Shown: positions 40,035 to 50,145 of the stretch, piece after piece
Layout: every line of letters starts with the position of its first letter
How positions within the stretch are numbered: the first letter of the stretch is position 1
From: Candidatus Obscuribacteraceae bacterium
GTDB lineage: Bacteria; Cyanobacteriota; Vampirovibrionia; Obscuribacterales; Obscuribacteraceae
NCBI GenBank assembly: GCA_044229845.1
Contig: JBGASG010000001.1
Coordinates: 1,007,791 to 1,071,790 of the forward strand
DNA: 64,000 nucleotides
Direction of reading: 5' to 3'
Notes under the pieces: model-generated
Told to the model about the DNA's origin: nothing
Seen by the model: the letters and a program-made list of their open reading frames with translations, nothing else
Database searches by the model: none
Position numbers and translations under genes: made by a program

Positions 40035-40531
40035 CGGAGAACGCCCAAAGCAAAACGACTTTACTCCATAACAATAAACTGGAATTTTGTGGATGGGAAG
40101 CGTGTTTCTCCCACATTGCCGTGTTCCGACGGTGCCAGGCTACAGACTTTTGGTGATTTTAGTGGCTGATCGAACGCGGAACGGGCTACTTTGCGCCGCA
40201 TAGATGACCATTTCCGAGGACCTTTTTTCTCGAAAGTGGTATCAAAACCGGCACTTTGCCGCAATTCGACGCATGCACTTGTGTTTGAAGGACTACTGGA
40301 ACGAATCCGTACCCACTGCTGCACTCGCGTAGGGACCGCTGCCTGAAGCACCCGAAAGCGGACCACGCCTCCACCTCGCTTTGATGCTATCATCCTGAAA
40401 TAGCCTTGCTGGACAGCGCTTCCGATTATCACTCGTTGCTCTGGCGGGGCGGTTTTCGCTTGGAAAAAGACATGGGTGTGGGGACTCAGGGATAGTTGTG
40501 TCAGTTTTGACAGTGCGGGATCTGCTCTTAG

Positions 40532-40622
40532 CGCCTACCCTGCGCCTACCGTTTTGACTTCGCCCCAATATCACTACTGCCGCCTACCGTCGCCTACTTT
40601 TAATCTGCCTACCGCGCCTACC
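40532..40622 (+). repeat. Six YGCCTAC(C/T) direct repeats in three pairs (integrase 1 arm-type sites)
   Basis: Copies start at 40532, 40543, 40581, 40591, 40606 and 40615, directly upstream of int1. Confidence 0.75.
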
Positions 40623-40641
40623 GCTTTGGAGGAAACCAATC

Positions 40642-41883
40642 ATGCCCAGACTGACCGCCAACTTCATAAACACAAAAGTAGAAATGCCCGGACCTGGCAA
40701 AACCCTCTTCTACAGGGACTCTGAGCTTACCGGCTTCGGTCTGAAAGTGACCAGCACCAAGATGACTTACTTCGCTGAGGCCAGGGTGAATGGATGTAGC
40801 CGAAGAGTCACGCTTGGTAATGCAAAGTTATCACCACCTGAAGAAGCCAGAAAAATGGCATTAGCGATATTAGGGAAGATGGCAGCCGGTCATGATCCGA
40901 CGAAGGAGAAGCAGCGGCGCAAACGTGTGTCACTTACCTTGGGTGAGGCGTTCGATGAGTACATGGCGGCAAAGACGCTTCGTCCGAATACGGTTGCATC
41001 GTTCAATCGAGTGATGAATCAGAACCTAGGTGACTGGCTCGCCAAGCCAGTTACCTCCATCACTCGCAGCATGGTGCTGGAGCGGTACAGCCAGCTGGGC
41101 AGTGGCAGCAAGAAGGGAACATCCGGCAAAGCCAATGCCAATCTGACGATGCAGGTCTTGCGGTCCGTCCTCAATTACGTCTCCTACAAATATGCAGAGC
41201 AGGGTGAGCCGCTGATCGCCGATAACCCGGTTCGGGTCCTCCGGCAGACAAAGGCCTGGCACCGGATTCCTCAACGGCAGGGAATCATTCCAGATCACAA
41301 ACTTCGAGACTGGGTTTTGTCAGTTTTGTCACTAAGGAATCCCGCCGCTCGTGACTATCATCTCGTGCTCTTGTTCACAGGATTGCGGAGAAACGAAGGC
41401 GCTCAACTTGAGTGGCGTGATGTTGATTTGGAGGCGAAGACATTGACCATCAGGGCCGAGAACAACAAGAGCGCCAGGGAAGCAAGGCTACCGTTGAGCG
41501 ACTTCCTGTACGAGTTGTTTGCTCGCAGATTCGCGGAAAACAATGGATCTAGTTTTGTATTCGCTGGATGGAAAGGAAAGGGACGGTACTACGGGTGCTA
41601 CCAATCGCTTAGAAAAATGCGTGAGCAATCTGGATGCGATTTCATTTTGCACGATATAAGGCGGACGTTCCTGACCATGGCAGAGCGGCTGGACATTCCG
41701 CACTACGCACTGAAGAAACTGGCCAACCACACGATTTACGGTGATGTTACCGGCTCCTACCTCGTGATCGATGTCGAGCGCTTGCGTGAACCGATGCAGA
41801 AAATCACAGACCGGTTTCTGGAATTGATCGGCGAGATAGCGACACCCGGCACTAGAAATGTCCCAGAATCGTCTAACCGGTAA
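40642..41883 (+). CDS. Tyrosine integrase with an N-terminal arm-binding (DUF4102-like) domain (int1)
   Basis: YRDSELTGFGLKVT arm domain; TGLRRNE, HDIRRT and NH...TGSY catalytic residues intact; RBS GGAGG. Confidence 0.93.
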   Translation: MPRLTANFINTKVEMPGPGKTLFYRDSELTGFGLKVTSTKMTYFAEARVNGCSRRVTLGNAKLSPPEEARKMALAILGKMAAGHDPTKEKQRRKRVSLTLGEAFDEYMAAKTLRPNTVASFNRVMNQNLGDWLAKPVTSITRSMVLERYSQLGSGSKKGTSGKANANLTMQVLRSVLNYVSYKYAEQGEPLIADNPVRVLRQTKAWHRIPQRQGIIPDHKLRDWVLSVLSLRNPAARDYHLVLLFTGLRRNEGAQLEWRDVDLEAKTLTIRAENNKSAREARLPLSDFLYELFARRFAENNGSSFVFAGWKGKGRYYGCYQSLRKMREQSGCDFILHDIRRTFLTMAERLDIPHYALKKLANHTIYGDVTGSYLVIDVERLREPMQKITDRFLELIGEIATPGTRNVPESSNR

Positions 41884-42070
41884 AGGTTTTCATTAAGTTC
41901 GGTACAGTTGCCGCCCTCGGCTTGGGCGCATTTTATATGCGCTCTCTGCGGCCAATCAGCGGTCGTTTGAATATGCTGGCGGATCGCATACTCATGGTCG
42001 GATAGATCTGATGCGCATTCTTGGCAGCATCGACTACAATTGATCCGTTGGCTTACGAAAGGAAATTTGA

Positions 42071-43066
42071 ATGGGTTTCGCTGGTCTCCCGGTTGCATTC
42101 GGTGTGCCGCGCCGTTCGCGGATATCGCGAGCCTTTGCCGAAGCGGTAAGCCGTCTGGAACTGAACCCTGACAGAGTTGCCGAGGCATCTCAACATTATG
42201 GCGGTATCAAGGAGTTTATCGAAAGTGCTCTTCCTGGCGTTCGAGTGACGCAAGTCGGCTCATTCCAGCGACAAACTAAAATTCGTCCCGTCAGTTCTCA
42301 TCGGCTGCGCAACTTGCTTATAGATGCAGAGATCACGCCGATAGACTTGGACATTCTTGTTTCCTTTGGTCCGGTTACGCGTTGGGTAAATGACGGCAGT
42401 GCCAGTGGTCCCGAGGACCTGCTTCGAGTGCTCTACGCCGCAGTGCGGTCAAGCAAGCGTTATCAGGTGCTGGAGCCAACGATTGATTCGCCGGTCATCA
42501 CCATGTCGTATTCGAACGAGTTCAGCATGGAACTGATTCCATGCACGGTAGATCAAGTCTCATCATTGCCTCCGAGAATTTGTAGACCATATCTGGTGCC
42601 GTACAGCGGTGGATGGAAATGGGCTGACTACGATTACGACGCTGAACTGATAACGCGTTGCAACAAGCAAAGCGGTGGAAAACTGATCCCATCGATTAAG
42701 TTGTGCAAAGGCTTCGTGCGCAACCATGGATTGCCCTTCAAGTCGTTCCACGTTGAGATTTTGTGCGTCGCAGTTTTTGACCGGCTGATGCAAGCGTACA
42801 GGTATCATTGGTCTTACGAAGAATTTTTTGTGGAGTTCCTGAAGTTACTGCCAGTGGCACTCTTCGAACCGGCTAAATTAGCTGGGAGCTATTCCGACGA
42901 GCAAATGGTCGCCGGTCAAGATGCCTCTCAAAGCTTCCTCCTAGTCATGAAAATCGCAGAAGCTGCTGGAAGTTTGCTAGTACTGCCTGACACGGAAAAC
43001 ACAGTGTCTCTCTGGTCGCAGTTCTACGGGTATCCCTTTCCTTCGAGCACGCTGTGGCTGAGCTAA
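42071..43066 (+). CDS. SMODS/CD-NTase-like nucleotidyltransferase
   Basis: GSFQRQTKIRP...DLDIL, ELIP, IKLCKGF and FKSFHVEIL match the SMODS/cGAS-DncV-like pattern. Confidence 0.8.
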   Translation: MGFAGLPVAFGVPRRSRISRAFAEAVSRLELNPDRVAEASQHYGGIKEFIESALPGVRVTQVGSFQRQTKIRPVSSHRLRNLLIDAEITPIDLDILVSFGPVTRWVNDGSASGPEDLLRVLYAAVRSSKRYQVLEPTIDSPVITMSYSNEFSMELIPCTVDQVSSLPPRICRPYLVPYSGGWKWADYDYDAELITRCNKQSGGKLIPSIKLCKGFVRNHGLPFKSFHVEILCVAVFDRLMQAYRYHWSYEEFFVEFLKLLPVALFEPAKLAGSYSDEQMVAGQDASQSFLLVMKIAEAAGSLLVLPDTENTVSLWSQFYGYPFPSSTLWLS

Positions 43067-43593
43067 GGTTAGATGATTTGCTTTACCAGTGTCGCTCTCT
43101 GGAAGAGCAGTGTCTTTTCGCTGCGCAAGGTCATTACGAAACGGCAAAGACGAAAAAGAAGTTGCGGCTGATCTGTGTCGTGATACCGGCACTCATTGCA
43201 GCAGCCGGGTCCGGGGCAGCCTTGATGGGAGGAATTATCCCGTCAAATTTGCAGTCAACAGTGAGCGTTATTACCGCCCTTGCTGCGATAGTTGCGGCAC
43301 TTTCCGCCTTGTTTGAAGTCGATGGACAATCTTCCAAGCATCTCTACATTGGACACCAGTTCAATGCCCTGAGGTTGGAAGTAAATCACCTCCATAAGAT
43401 AGAAGCTTTGGCAATGCCACTGACTGAAACGAGTGCACGGTTAGAGCGATACCTAGTCGAATACAGGACGTTGGTTAGAACGAGCGATCTGACCGACCAA
43501 AAGGCTTTCGAACGAGCAAGAAAGGCCATCGAGGAGGGCATCCACGAGCCTTCTGAAATCGCTCCTTTGAAGCTGCCGCCCCCATCGAACTAA
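43054..43593 (+). CDS. SLATT domain two-TM effector
   Basis: EEQCLFAAQGHYETAK, two TM helices, FERARKAIEEG; overlaps the NTase by 13 nt. Confidence 0.78.
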   Translation: MAELRLDDLLYQCRSLEEQCLFAAQGHYETAKTKKKLRLICVVIPALIAAAGSGAALMGGIIPSNLQSTVSVITALAAIVAALSALFEVDGQSSKHLYIGHQFNALRLEVNHLHKIEALAMPLTETSARLERYLVEYRTLVRTSDLTDQKAFERARKAIEEGIHEPSEIAPLKLPPPSN

Positions 43594-43601
43594 CTGGCGA
43601 T

Positions 43602-43832
43602 TCACTTCACCAGGCTGACGCCAGCGAAAGTGACATCGACGTCAAATATCTGCGCAATGCGTACGAGAGTCCGCAAGCTCGGATTCTGCACGCCGCGTTC
43701 CAACTGCGAGACGTAAGCCCGGTCACACTCTAGTTCGCCGGCCAGGTCATCCTGTGTCCAGCTGTTCGCCTTCCTGAGTTCTCTCAGGCGGGCGGCGAAT
43801 CGTTCGACTGGGTCTGCTTGCTTCACAAGCAC
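43602..43832 (-). CDS. XRE-family HTH regulator
   Basis: FAARLRELRKANSWTQDDLAGELECDRAYVSQLERGVQNPSLRTLVRIA; start uncertain. Confidence 0.85.
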   Translation of the reverse strand: MLVKQADPVERFAARLRELRKANSWTQDDLAGELECDRAYVSQLERGVQNPSLRTLVRIAQIFDVDVTFAGVSLVK

Positions 43833-43927
43833 ATTTAATCTTCGGAAGCCATAGCTTTCCAGAAGTAATAACTTCCGCTCGCGGTATATTTTGAAAACCG
43901 CTACGCTGCGAACAGCGGGAGGATGCC

Positions 43928-45019
43928 ATGAGCGAAAGCCCCAAGTCTGAGGAAAAGCCGCAAACTGGAAAACCAGCAAAGAAATCGAGGGCCGCGCTGA
44001 TTGTCATCGCGTGCATACTTGTGCTGGGTTTGGCTGGCGCTGCAGCCATGGTTTTCATTGGCGGAGGGATTTGGTTGGTTAGCCAGCAATCCACTGTACG
44101 GAGATCGTTGGACCCGCTAGTGGGTTTTGGCCCGTATTTCATCGGAATGACCTTTGAGGAGTTCGAGAAAATACCAGCGCCCGAATCAGCTGGGGGTGTA
44201 AACGGGCTGCGTCCCATGCTGGAGAGATCAAACAATCCTGGTGGCATGCGATGCTACTTCGCACGAGGTGATGTTCCGCCGTTTATTGTGATGTCGCCAC
44301 CGGATTTCATTTTCGTCAAGCCGAGCGGTTCGGATCAGGCGAGCCTGGTGGGCATAAGAGGCTTTATTGACTGGAGCGATGTCGATGAACTAGTCGTCGC
44401 ATTGCGCAAGAGATACGGCACACCGACCGTTGACCATCCGAGAGACGCTTACAACAAGTTTCACCTGGAGTGGGAATCGGGTAGCAAGAGAGTTTTGTTC
44501 AAGAGCCAGGATTCGGGCTATTTGCCGCTGCTCAGATTTGAAGACCAAGAAATGTATGCCGTCTATGCGAAGGAAGAGACTGCTTGGGAAGAGCGGGTTC
44601 AGAAAGAGAAAGATGAACGCGAACAGCTCGCACGCCAGGCAGCTGAAGAAGCGGAAGCCACCAAGCAGAAGCAGAAACTCGAAGAGGAAACTGCGGACAC
44701 GATCAGACGACTGAAATCTCGCTTGATTGAAGTGCGTCAATGGATCACCGCGCATGACAAAATGGTCGCTGATGGCAAGGTTCAAAGACGCAAATTGCAG
44801 GCGTTTCGGTGGAAGCAGCAGCATCCTGACAGCGAGTACACCGATGAACAATTTGAACGCGACGAAGCTGACGATGTTGAGCAGCGAAAGTTAACGCAAA
44901 GCGAGACAGATCGGCTGAGTCAAAAAGAACAGGAAGTATTGTCACGACTGCGCGAACTTGGGGTATCTGAAACAGAGCTTTCAGCGGTGTCAGACGACAA
45001 TGCCGCTACAAATCCGTAG
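43928..45019 (+). CDS. Membrane-anchored hypothetical protein with a C-terminal coiled coil
   Basis: Single N-terminal TM, charged coiled-coil C-terminus, RBS GGAGG; divergent from the XRE gene. Confidence 0.7.
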   Translation: MSESPKSEEKPQTGKPAKKSRAALIVIACILVLGLAGAAAMVFIGGGIWLVSQQSTVRRSLDPLVGFGPYFIGMTFEEFEKIPAPESAGGVNGLRPMLERSNNPGGMRCYFARGDVPPFIVMSPPDFIFVKPSGSDQASLVGIRGFIDWSDVDELVVALRKRYGTPTVDHPRDAYNKFHLEWESGSKRVLFKSQDSGYLPLLRFEDQEMYAVYAKEETAWEERVQKEKDEREQLARQAAEEAEATKQKQKLEEETADTIRRLKSRLIEVRQWITAHDKMVADGKVQRRKLQAFRWKQQHPDSEYTDEQFERDEADDVEQRKLTQSETDRLSQKEQEVLSRLRELGVSETELSAVSDDNAATNP

Positions 45020-45572
45020 AGTCGCTTCTCTTTCGCTGAGCGATTTTCATTCTGACCAATTCCACGCAAAGGCGCTCCGCCTCTCTTTCTTCGGCAAAAG
45101 AGAATTGACTTGTGTCTTTTTCGGTTTCATCGCTGGCTTGAATTTGAGCGATTCGATCAAGCGTGTTAAAGCTCAACTCGGAAAGCTTGGTCAACCCAGT
45201 CACCAAACTCGATACCGCAATGCTGGCATTGTAGCTGGTGATTTTGTTCTTCCGGATTTCATCAGCCAGTTTCTCCATGATCATTTGCCCGATTCGATCA
45301 AGGCGTTCAATCTTGGTCAGCGTCTTGCGGCATTCATCGACCAGAGAGAGCGCGGTCGCTGCTGACCGGGAAGAATCGCTTACCTCAAAGAGCTTGCGCC
45401 ACTGGTAGATCTGGTTTGTCGGGATGCCGTGTTTCTTCGAGACCGCATACACGGTGCTGCCAGGTTCTGCGCACTCTTGGACGATTGCCATCTTCTCATC
45501 ATCAGTCCAGCGGCGACGACGAATCGGACCAGGTGAATTGATCTGTTCATTCTCATTGCCATTTTGTTCCAT
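45006..45572 (-). CDS. HTH_Tnp_1-like HTH protein with a helical extension (possible small-terminase-like protein)
   Basis: RRRWTDDEKMAIVQEC...VSKKHGIPTNQIYQWRK; no adjacent transposase. Confidence 0.55.
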   Translation of the reverse strand: MEQNGNENEQINSPGPIRRRRWTDDEKMAIVQECAEPGSTVYAVSKKHGIPTNQIYQWRKLFEVSDSSRSAATALSLVDECRKTLTKIERLDRIGQMIMEKLADEIRKNKITSYNASIAVSSLVTGLTKLSELSFNTLDRIAQIQASDETEKDTSQFSFAEEREAERLCVELVRMKIAQRKRSDSTDL

Positions 45573-45692
45573 CGAATTAGCTCCACTGCTTGTTACTAGT
45601 CGTCGCCGATATCTGTCTACCCTTGCCGCTTTCGCCGGTCGTCCCAGGTCAGCAAGGCGATGTGGGACACTTATCGATAACGAATGCCTCGC

Positions 45693-45878
45693 TCACTGTT
45701 GCGGGTATGCTGATATTCCGAGCGCCAAGGCAACGACCTCAGTGTCGGTCATCTCGCTCACGACAATTGCGTACCTGACAATGCCTTCGTATGGAAATTC
45801 AAGATCGGTGCGGAGGGCAAGTCCGATGGCGTCCGCAGAGAGATGTTTTTTGAATCCCTCAGGTCCGCTTTTGTACAT
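45693..45878 (-). CDS. Small hypothetical protein
   Basis: 61-aa ORF with a GAGGA RBS, co-oriented in the replication operon. Confidence 0.4.
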   Translation of the reverse strand: MYKSGPEGFKKHLSADAIGLALRTDLEFPYEGIVRYAIVVSEMTDTEVVALALGISAYPQQ

Positions 45879-45983
45879 TCAAAAGTTCCTCATTGAGTTG
45901 GATGCAGGCTGTGTTAGCCAATGATTCGCGAAAGATAAACTGCCAGGCAAAGATAAATGAAGAGCAGATACGCGCTCTGAAAT

Positions 45984-46898
45984 TCATGAGGCATTGCGCC
46001 TGCTTGCCAGCAACAGCCGAATAATGTCGCGGTTTCGATGAACCTGACTAGGTCCGCCGAAGACGCAGCAGAACTTCGACCCGTCTGCCTTGATGCGCAA
46101 ATTGTCTTGATGCCGATCATGTCCCTCAAGAGCGCAGATTGGGCATTGAGCGACTAACTCGCCACCACGGGAAATGGCATCCATGTAGTTGAGAATTTGA
46201 AACTGGACGCGCGGAGCGAACTGATTTCTGGGTGTTCTGGACAGATGCGGTGCTGGTCGGTGGGCTTCGGCTTCCCTAATGGCATCAGCCGCTTTGTTCA
46301 GCGGTTGACGCGCAAGCCACTCAAGTTGAACAGCTACGTCCCGTTCAACGCCATCGAACCAGGATCGTGCGCCATTGGCGTCCGGTTTCAGGTTGAATCC
46401 CAAGGGACCGCGAACCTGACTCAACCCTGTGGCAGATTTTGGGAAGCGTTCGATCCCGGAGACATTCGCAAGCCGCATGAATGTGTCTGCGAGGATTATC
46501 AATTCTTCGGCTGAAACCGGTGCGTCAAACAGGACCCATAGATGTCCGTCCCGTCCGGTTCTTCTGCCTTCGCGAATAACATGCACGCCCCATGATCGAA
46601 GAGAAGAGTCAAGTCTGTCCATGGAACCGTCTTCAACGTCAGAGTCAAAGCAGATCCATTTTGATCTAGCGTCACCGTCAATGGCTGGCCACGCACAAGT
46701 CACCCGCCCCTCCAGGTGATCCCGCACGAGTTCCGATGAGACGGGGCGATAGGAGAATGCGTCTTCCCGAGTTTTCATTTCCGGCTTCTGGCAGGCATAA
46801 CCACTGTTACCGGATGCCTGGTTGACCCACTGCCTCCCCCAGATATCAACTCGGTTTACGAAGCGCTCCATGTAGATCGCGATCAGGTCGTTGTTCAT
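45984..46898 (-). CDS. AEP-superfamily primase (TOTE-primase-like) with a C-terminal Zn finger
   Basis: From ATG 46898 (MNNDLIAIYMERF): DHLEG, WICFDSD, GHLWVLF and CPIC...HD...CC. Confidence 0.72.
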   Translation of the reverse strand: MNNDLIAIYMERFVNRVDIWGRQWVNQASGNSGYACQKPEMKTREDAFSYRPVSSELVRDHLEGRVTCAWPAIDGDARSKWICFDSDVEDGSMDRLDSSLRSWGVHVIREGRRTGRDGHLWVLFDAPVSAEELIILADTFMRLANVSGIERFPKSATGLSQVRGPLGFNLKPDANGARSWFDGVERDVAVQLEWLARQPLNKAADAIREAEAHRPAPHLSRTPRNQFAPRVQFQILNYMDAISRGGELVAQCPICALEGHDRHQDNLRIKADGSKFCCVFGGPSQVHRNRDIIRLLLASRRNAS

Positions 46899-46930
46899 CT
46901 TTATTGTCTTGTCTCCGTTATATTTGCAAA

Positions 46931-47062
46931 CACGCGTCCGACGCGTCCAGCCGCCCAAGACACATTTCATTTGGACGTGATGGGAAAGCAGCAGCGCCCT
47001 GACGCGTCCATCCTGATGTGCCATTCCGCCACCATCTGGACGCCTTGGGCGCTTTGGGCGCG
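46931..47062. repeat. ACGCGTCC iteron-like cluster (putative replication origin)
   Basis: Direct copies at 46931-46948 (tandem) and 47001-47009, with inverted TGGACG/TGGGCG copies, between helicase and primase. Confidence 0.55.
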
Positions 47063-47064
47063 TG

Positions 47065-48714
47065 CTAGCCGCCACCTTCACCATCCAATCTGGAAATGGA
47101 AATCTTCCGGCTACCACTTTTACTGAACTGGATTTCCAGTCCGTGACGTTGCCGCAGAAAAGGGGCCAATCGGCGCAACTTGCTGCTAAGCTGCTGTGCA
47201 TTGGTTGGAAACCATCGAGGAAGTTTGTCGCCTGGAGAGCCAGATTTTTCAATCAACAATTCCCGGAGGTCGGTGGCAGAATTTTGAATTGGTAGATCAA
47301 GGTCGAGTATCAACTGCGTTAACTGGTCATCCAATGCCACCGCTGCCAGTGCCTGACGATTGCCATTGTATACATCGAGGAAACGGCCGCCGGGTAACCC
47401 GAGCGCTCTTTCAACCGCCACCCCATACTTCGCAAAATCAGCCATTCTTGGGCTGCGGTCAATTTTAACCCCTGGTAGCTCTCGAAGGGTTTTCGACAAC
47501 ACAAACAAGATGGCTCCCAGAAATTTAGCTTCGTTGGCGTCGAAGTTTGTCCAGAATTCCGACTCCGGAAGACGATCCTTCTCATCAATTCTCGGACAAT
47601 CGATCTGAATCGCGCGATCAACCATGTCGTTTCTGAGGGACAGATCGTCAATGGTATTGAGAAGAACCAGGCGTTGAGCTTGAAAGATCGTCTCGCTTTC
47701 ATCTTGGTAGAGCGTACGGTAACTGCTACCTCCCCCCGTGGTTAACCGACAAATGGCGTCACTTATTTCAACGGAGATTCTGGAGACGTTGTCGAATGCA
47801 ACAATCCAGCCGTTGCTGGCTGCGATCCACAGATCCTGCTCACTCTTGGGAGCGGTTCGAAGTGGTGCCTTGGATGGATCTACCAGCTTGCGAAAGATCC
47901 GGCAAAGGGTGCTTTTTGCGCTGCCCTGCTCCCCGACGACCAGAACCACAACGTAAGGTCCAGCCGGACGGAATGCTGAAAGCAACGAGACTAGAAAAAG
48001 CAGCCACTCGCCATCATCCTTTATATTGCAGAAGTCTCGGAGCCGGTTCAGCGTCTCAAGGGCTTGTGCATCGTTTTCAGGTAGGATTGGGTTTGGCAGA
48101 ACCCGCATACCCGACTTGGTCAGGAAGCGCACAGACGCGTCCGATGCGTCCGACGCGTCCACCACCCCAAAACGATCAACCCTAAAGACTGTTCCTGCAT
48201 CATCGGCGAGGTGAAGGTAAGTTGTGGAGCTATCACCGGCAATGCGAACCCGAGTTTCGTGCTGAGGAGAATCGTATTTGGCCTTGCCTTCCAGCATTCG
48301 CAGCGTGTCTTCGACCGATTGAACGGATGGGACAACTTTGAAATCCCGAAAGACCCTCATGCACAGATAGTCTTTGAACTCTTTTGCGCGAATCTTCGTA
48401 TGCCATTTCTTGCCATTGATGCCGAAAGTGACAAAGGCTTCAAGCTCTGCATCGTGCCAAAGCTCGACAGAATCCGCGACCATCAGCAGCATGTCCTTGT
48501 GGGTGAATCCCTTTTCGTCCTTCGCAGTTTGCGCTGCACCTGATGTGGTGCAAACGCCAGCGTTGCATACATCTGTTTCCGAAGGCAGTCGAAAGCCGTC
48601 CACAGAGGGAACTGGCTCGGGTGCTGCGATTTCTTCAGCAAGATCAGATGTTTCGCTATCCGAGTGGGTTGCTACGTCTTGAGTTACCTCCCTTTCTTGT
48701 GTATAATTTTCCAT
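47065..48714 (-). CDS. P-loop ATPase / SF3-like replicative helicase
   Basis: Walker A GEQGSAKST, Walker B VAFDNVS, RTLY, LNTI, and RMADF motifs. Confidence 0.8.
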   Translation of the reverse strand: MENYTQEREVTQDVATHSDSETSDLAEEIAAPEPVPSVDGFRLPSETDVCNAGVCTTSGAAQTAKDEKGFTHKDMLLMVADSVELWHDAELEAFVTFGINGKKWHTKIRAKEFKDYLCMRVFRDFKVVPSVQSVEDTLRMLEGKAKYDSPQHETRVRIAGDSSTTYLHLADDAGTVFRVDRFGVVDASDASDASVRFLTKSGMRVLPNPILPENDAQALETLNRLRDFCNIKDDGEWLLFLVSLLSAFRPAGPYVVVLVVGEQGSAKSTLCRIFRKLVDPSKAPLRTAPKSEQDLWIAASNGWIVAFDNVSRISVEISDAICRLTTGGGSSYRTLYQDESETIFQAQRLVLLNTIDDLSLRNDMVDRAIQIDCPRIDEKDRLPESEFWTNFDANEAKFLGAILFVLSKTLRELPGVKIDRSPRMADFAKYGVAVERALGLPGGRFLDVYNGNRQALAAVALDDQLTQLILDLDLPIQNSATDLRELLIEKSGSPGDKLPRWFPTNAQQLSSKLRRLAPFLRQRHGLEIQFSKSGSRKISISRLDGEGGG

Positions 48715-48792
48715 ATTGAGATTCCCTTTTTATCTTGCCGCTGCCCGTTGCAGCGGCTTTCTGCTTTTGGTTTAGCACCGTAACCGGTGCCC

Positions 48793-49020
48793 TCATGTGC
48801 TAGCTTCACCTCCTTCACGTTCTTCTTGTTTGACGAGTCGTTCTTCAATCCACATGACCAAATCCTCAACCCGGTACCGTATCGCCCTGCCGGAGATGCG
48901 CACGTAACTTGGACCACCGCCGCGCGTGCGGCGGGCTTCCAGCATTCTCGGCGTATACCCCAGAACAGCGGCAGCTTGAGCGGTGGTTAGCAACCTGGTA
49001 TCTTTGTGTGCTTCGGTCAT
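48793..49020 (-). CDS. AlpA/HTH_17 excisionase-like DNA-binding protein
   Basis: LLTTAQAAAVLGYTPRMLEARRTRGGGPSYVRISGRAIRYRVEDLVMWIE. Confidence 0.85.
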   Translation of the reverse strand: MTEAHKDTRLLTTAQAAAVLGYTPRMLEARRTRGGGPSYVRISGRAIRYRVEDLVMWIEERLVKQEEREGGEAST

Positions 49021-49143
49021 TCTTGGTGCCCCTTGGTGTCACAATTGAATTGAACCAAAATGAGCCGCAGTTCGATACACGGTATAGGTGGCCAATTTCT
49101 GGCCCATTTAACCCGGACTTCTAAACTGCCTTGCAGCGCTGAG

Positions 49144-49857
49144 CTACCGAGACTTTTTCTTCCGTGTCGTTTTCGCTGTTTTCTTCGCAGCTTTGGTGGT
49201 GCGAATTTCTTCGAGCGTCTTGCCCGTCTGGTGCTCGTCAATCATCTCGGCTATAGTTCGATAGCGAAAAGGTCGTCCAATCAAAACATCGGTATGTGGC
49301 GTATCCCAGGCCTTGTTTATGGCAGCTTCGATAGCGGATTCATCCACACCAATAGCATGGAAGACAATTCTCACAACTTCATTGAACTGAATGCCGTGTC
49401 TCGTGGGCACTATGCCGTGTTGAAGCAATACTTCTGCAATCCGGTACACCACTACATCGAGATCTGTTTCAGGATTTCCGCTTGCCCCCTCTGCGTCAAG
49501 AACCTCATCTAGTGCCTGCTCCAGCGATCTCAGTCCCTCAAGCGCCTGCATGCGGGGCAACTCAAGATGAGGATTCATCAAAAAAGTGTGCTCATCCAAG
49601 GTAGAGATTTCATCTGCAAATTTGGACAATCTCTCCCGGAAACGTTTTAGCTGTCGTTTTCGTTCTTTACCTGATGGCAATCCGTGTTGATAAGCAATGA
49701 ACCCAAGCTGCATACCAGGCTCCGACAGCTGGTTGATTGCCTGAGGCGATAGCCCACCCTTTGCCAAAGCACGCTTGTGCTCGGCATTCAGCTGTAGAGA
49801 CGAGCTAACCTTTTGCTTGATGGCGCGCTTTGTTTTTGGCTCGCTTCTCTTTTCCAT
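49144..49857 (-). CDS. Hypothetical protein
   Basis: 237-aa ORF co-oriented within the element operon. Confidence 0.55.
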   Translation of the reverse strand: MEKRSEPKTKRAIKQKVSSSLQLNAEHKRALAKGGLSPQAINQLSEPGMQLGFIAYQHGLPSGKERKRQLKRFRERLSKFADEISTLDEHTFLMNPHLELPRMQALEGLRSLEQALDEVLDAEGASGNPETDLDVVVYRIAEVLLQHGIVPTRHGIQFNEVVRIVFHAIGVDESAIEAAINKAWDTPHTDVLIGRPFRYRTIAEMIDEHQTGKTLEEIRTTKAAKKTAKTTRKKKSR

Positions 49858-49869
49858 CGGCGAAATCTG

Positions 49870-50145
49870 CTAGCGGTTGGACAGGTAATCAGAAAGCAAC
49901 TCAGCCAGATCGGCTGCCAACTTGCTCTTTCGCTTTCGTCCAAGCCAATCGCGGAAATCCTCCAGCACACCGCCCGAGGTGGCATCTTCAATTTTCAATC
50001 CAGCCAGTCTGGCTGCTTTGACGATGCGCGAAACCGTGTAAGACTCAGAAGGTCCTTTCAGGCTCTGCACCCAATCGAAGTCGTCTGGATCAAGAGAGAC
50101 CGAAATCCGGGGGCGTTTTCCATCGTCACGACGACGCTGAACCAT
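49870..50145 (-). CDS. Small ribbon-helix-helix-like DNA-binding protein
   Basis: PRISVSLDPDDFDWV...; overlaps the recombinase 3' end. Confidence 0.5.
   Translation of the reverse strand: MVQRRRDDGKRPRISVSLDPDDFDWVQSLKGPSESYTVSRIVKAARLAGLKIEDATSGGVLEDFRDWLGRKRKSKLAADLAELLSDYLSNR

Noticed and set aside
40380..40531. Short direct-repeat att core shared with 51280-51400
   Set aside because: No convincing direct repeat found by eye, and no tRNA gene nearby.
46899..47252. N-terminal extension of the primase ORF
   Set aside because: It overlaps the helicase end and the iteron spacer; ATG 46898 is the better start.
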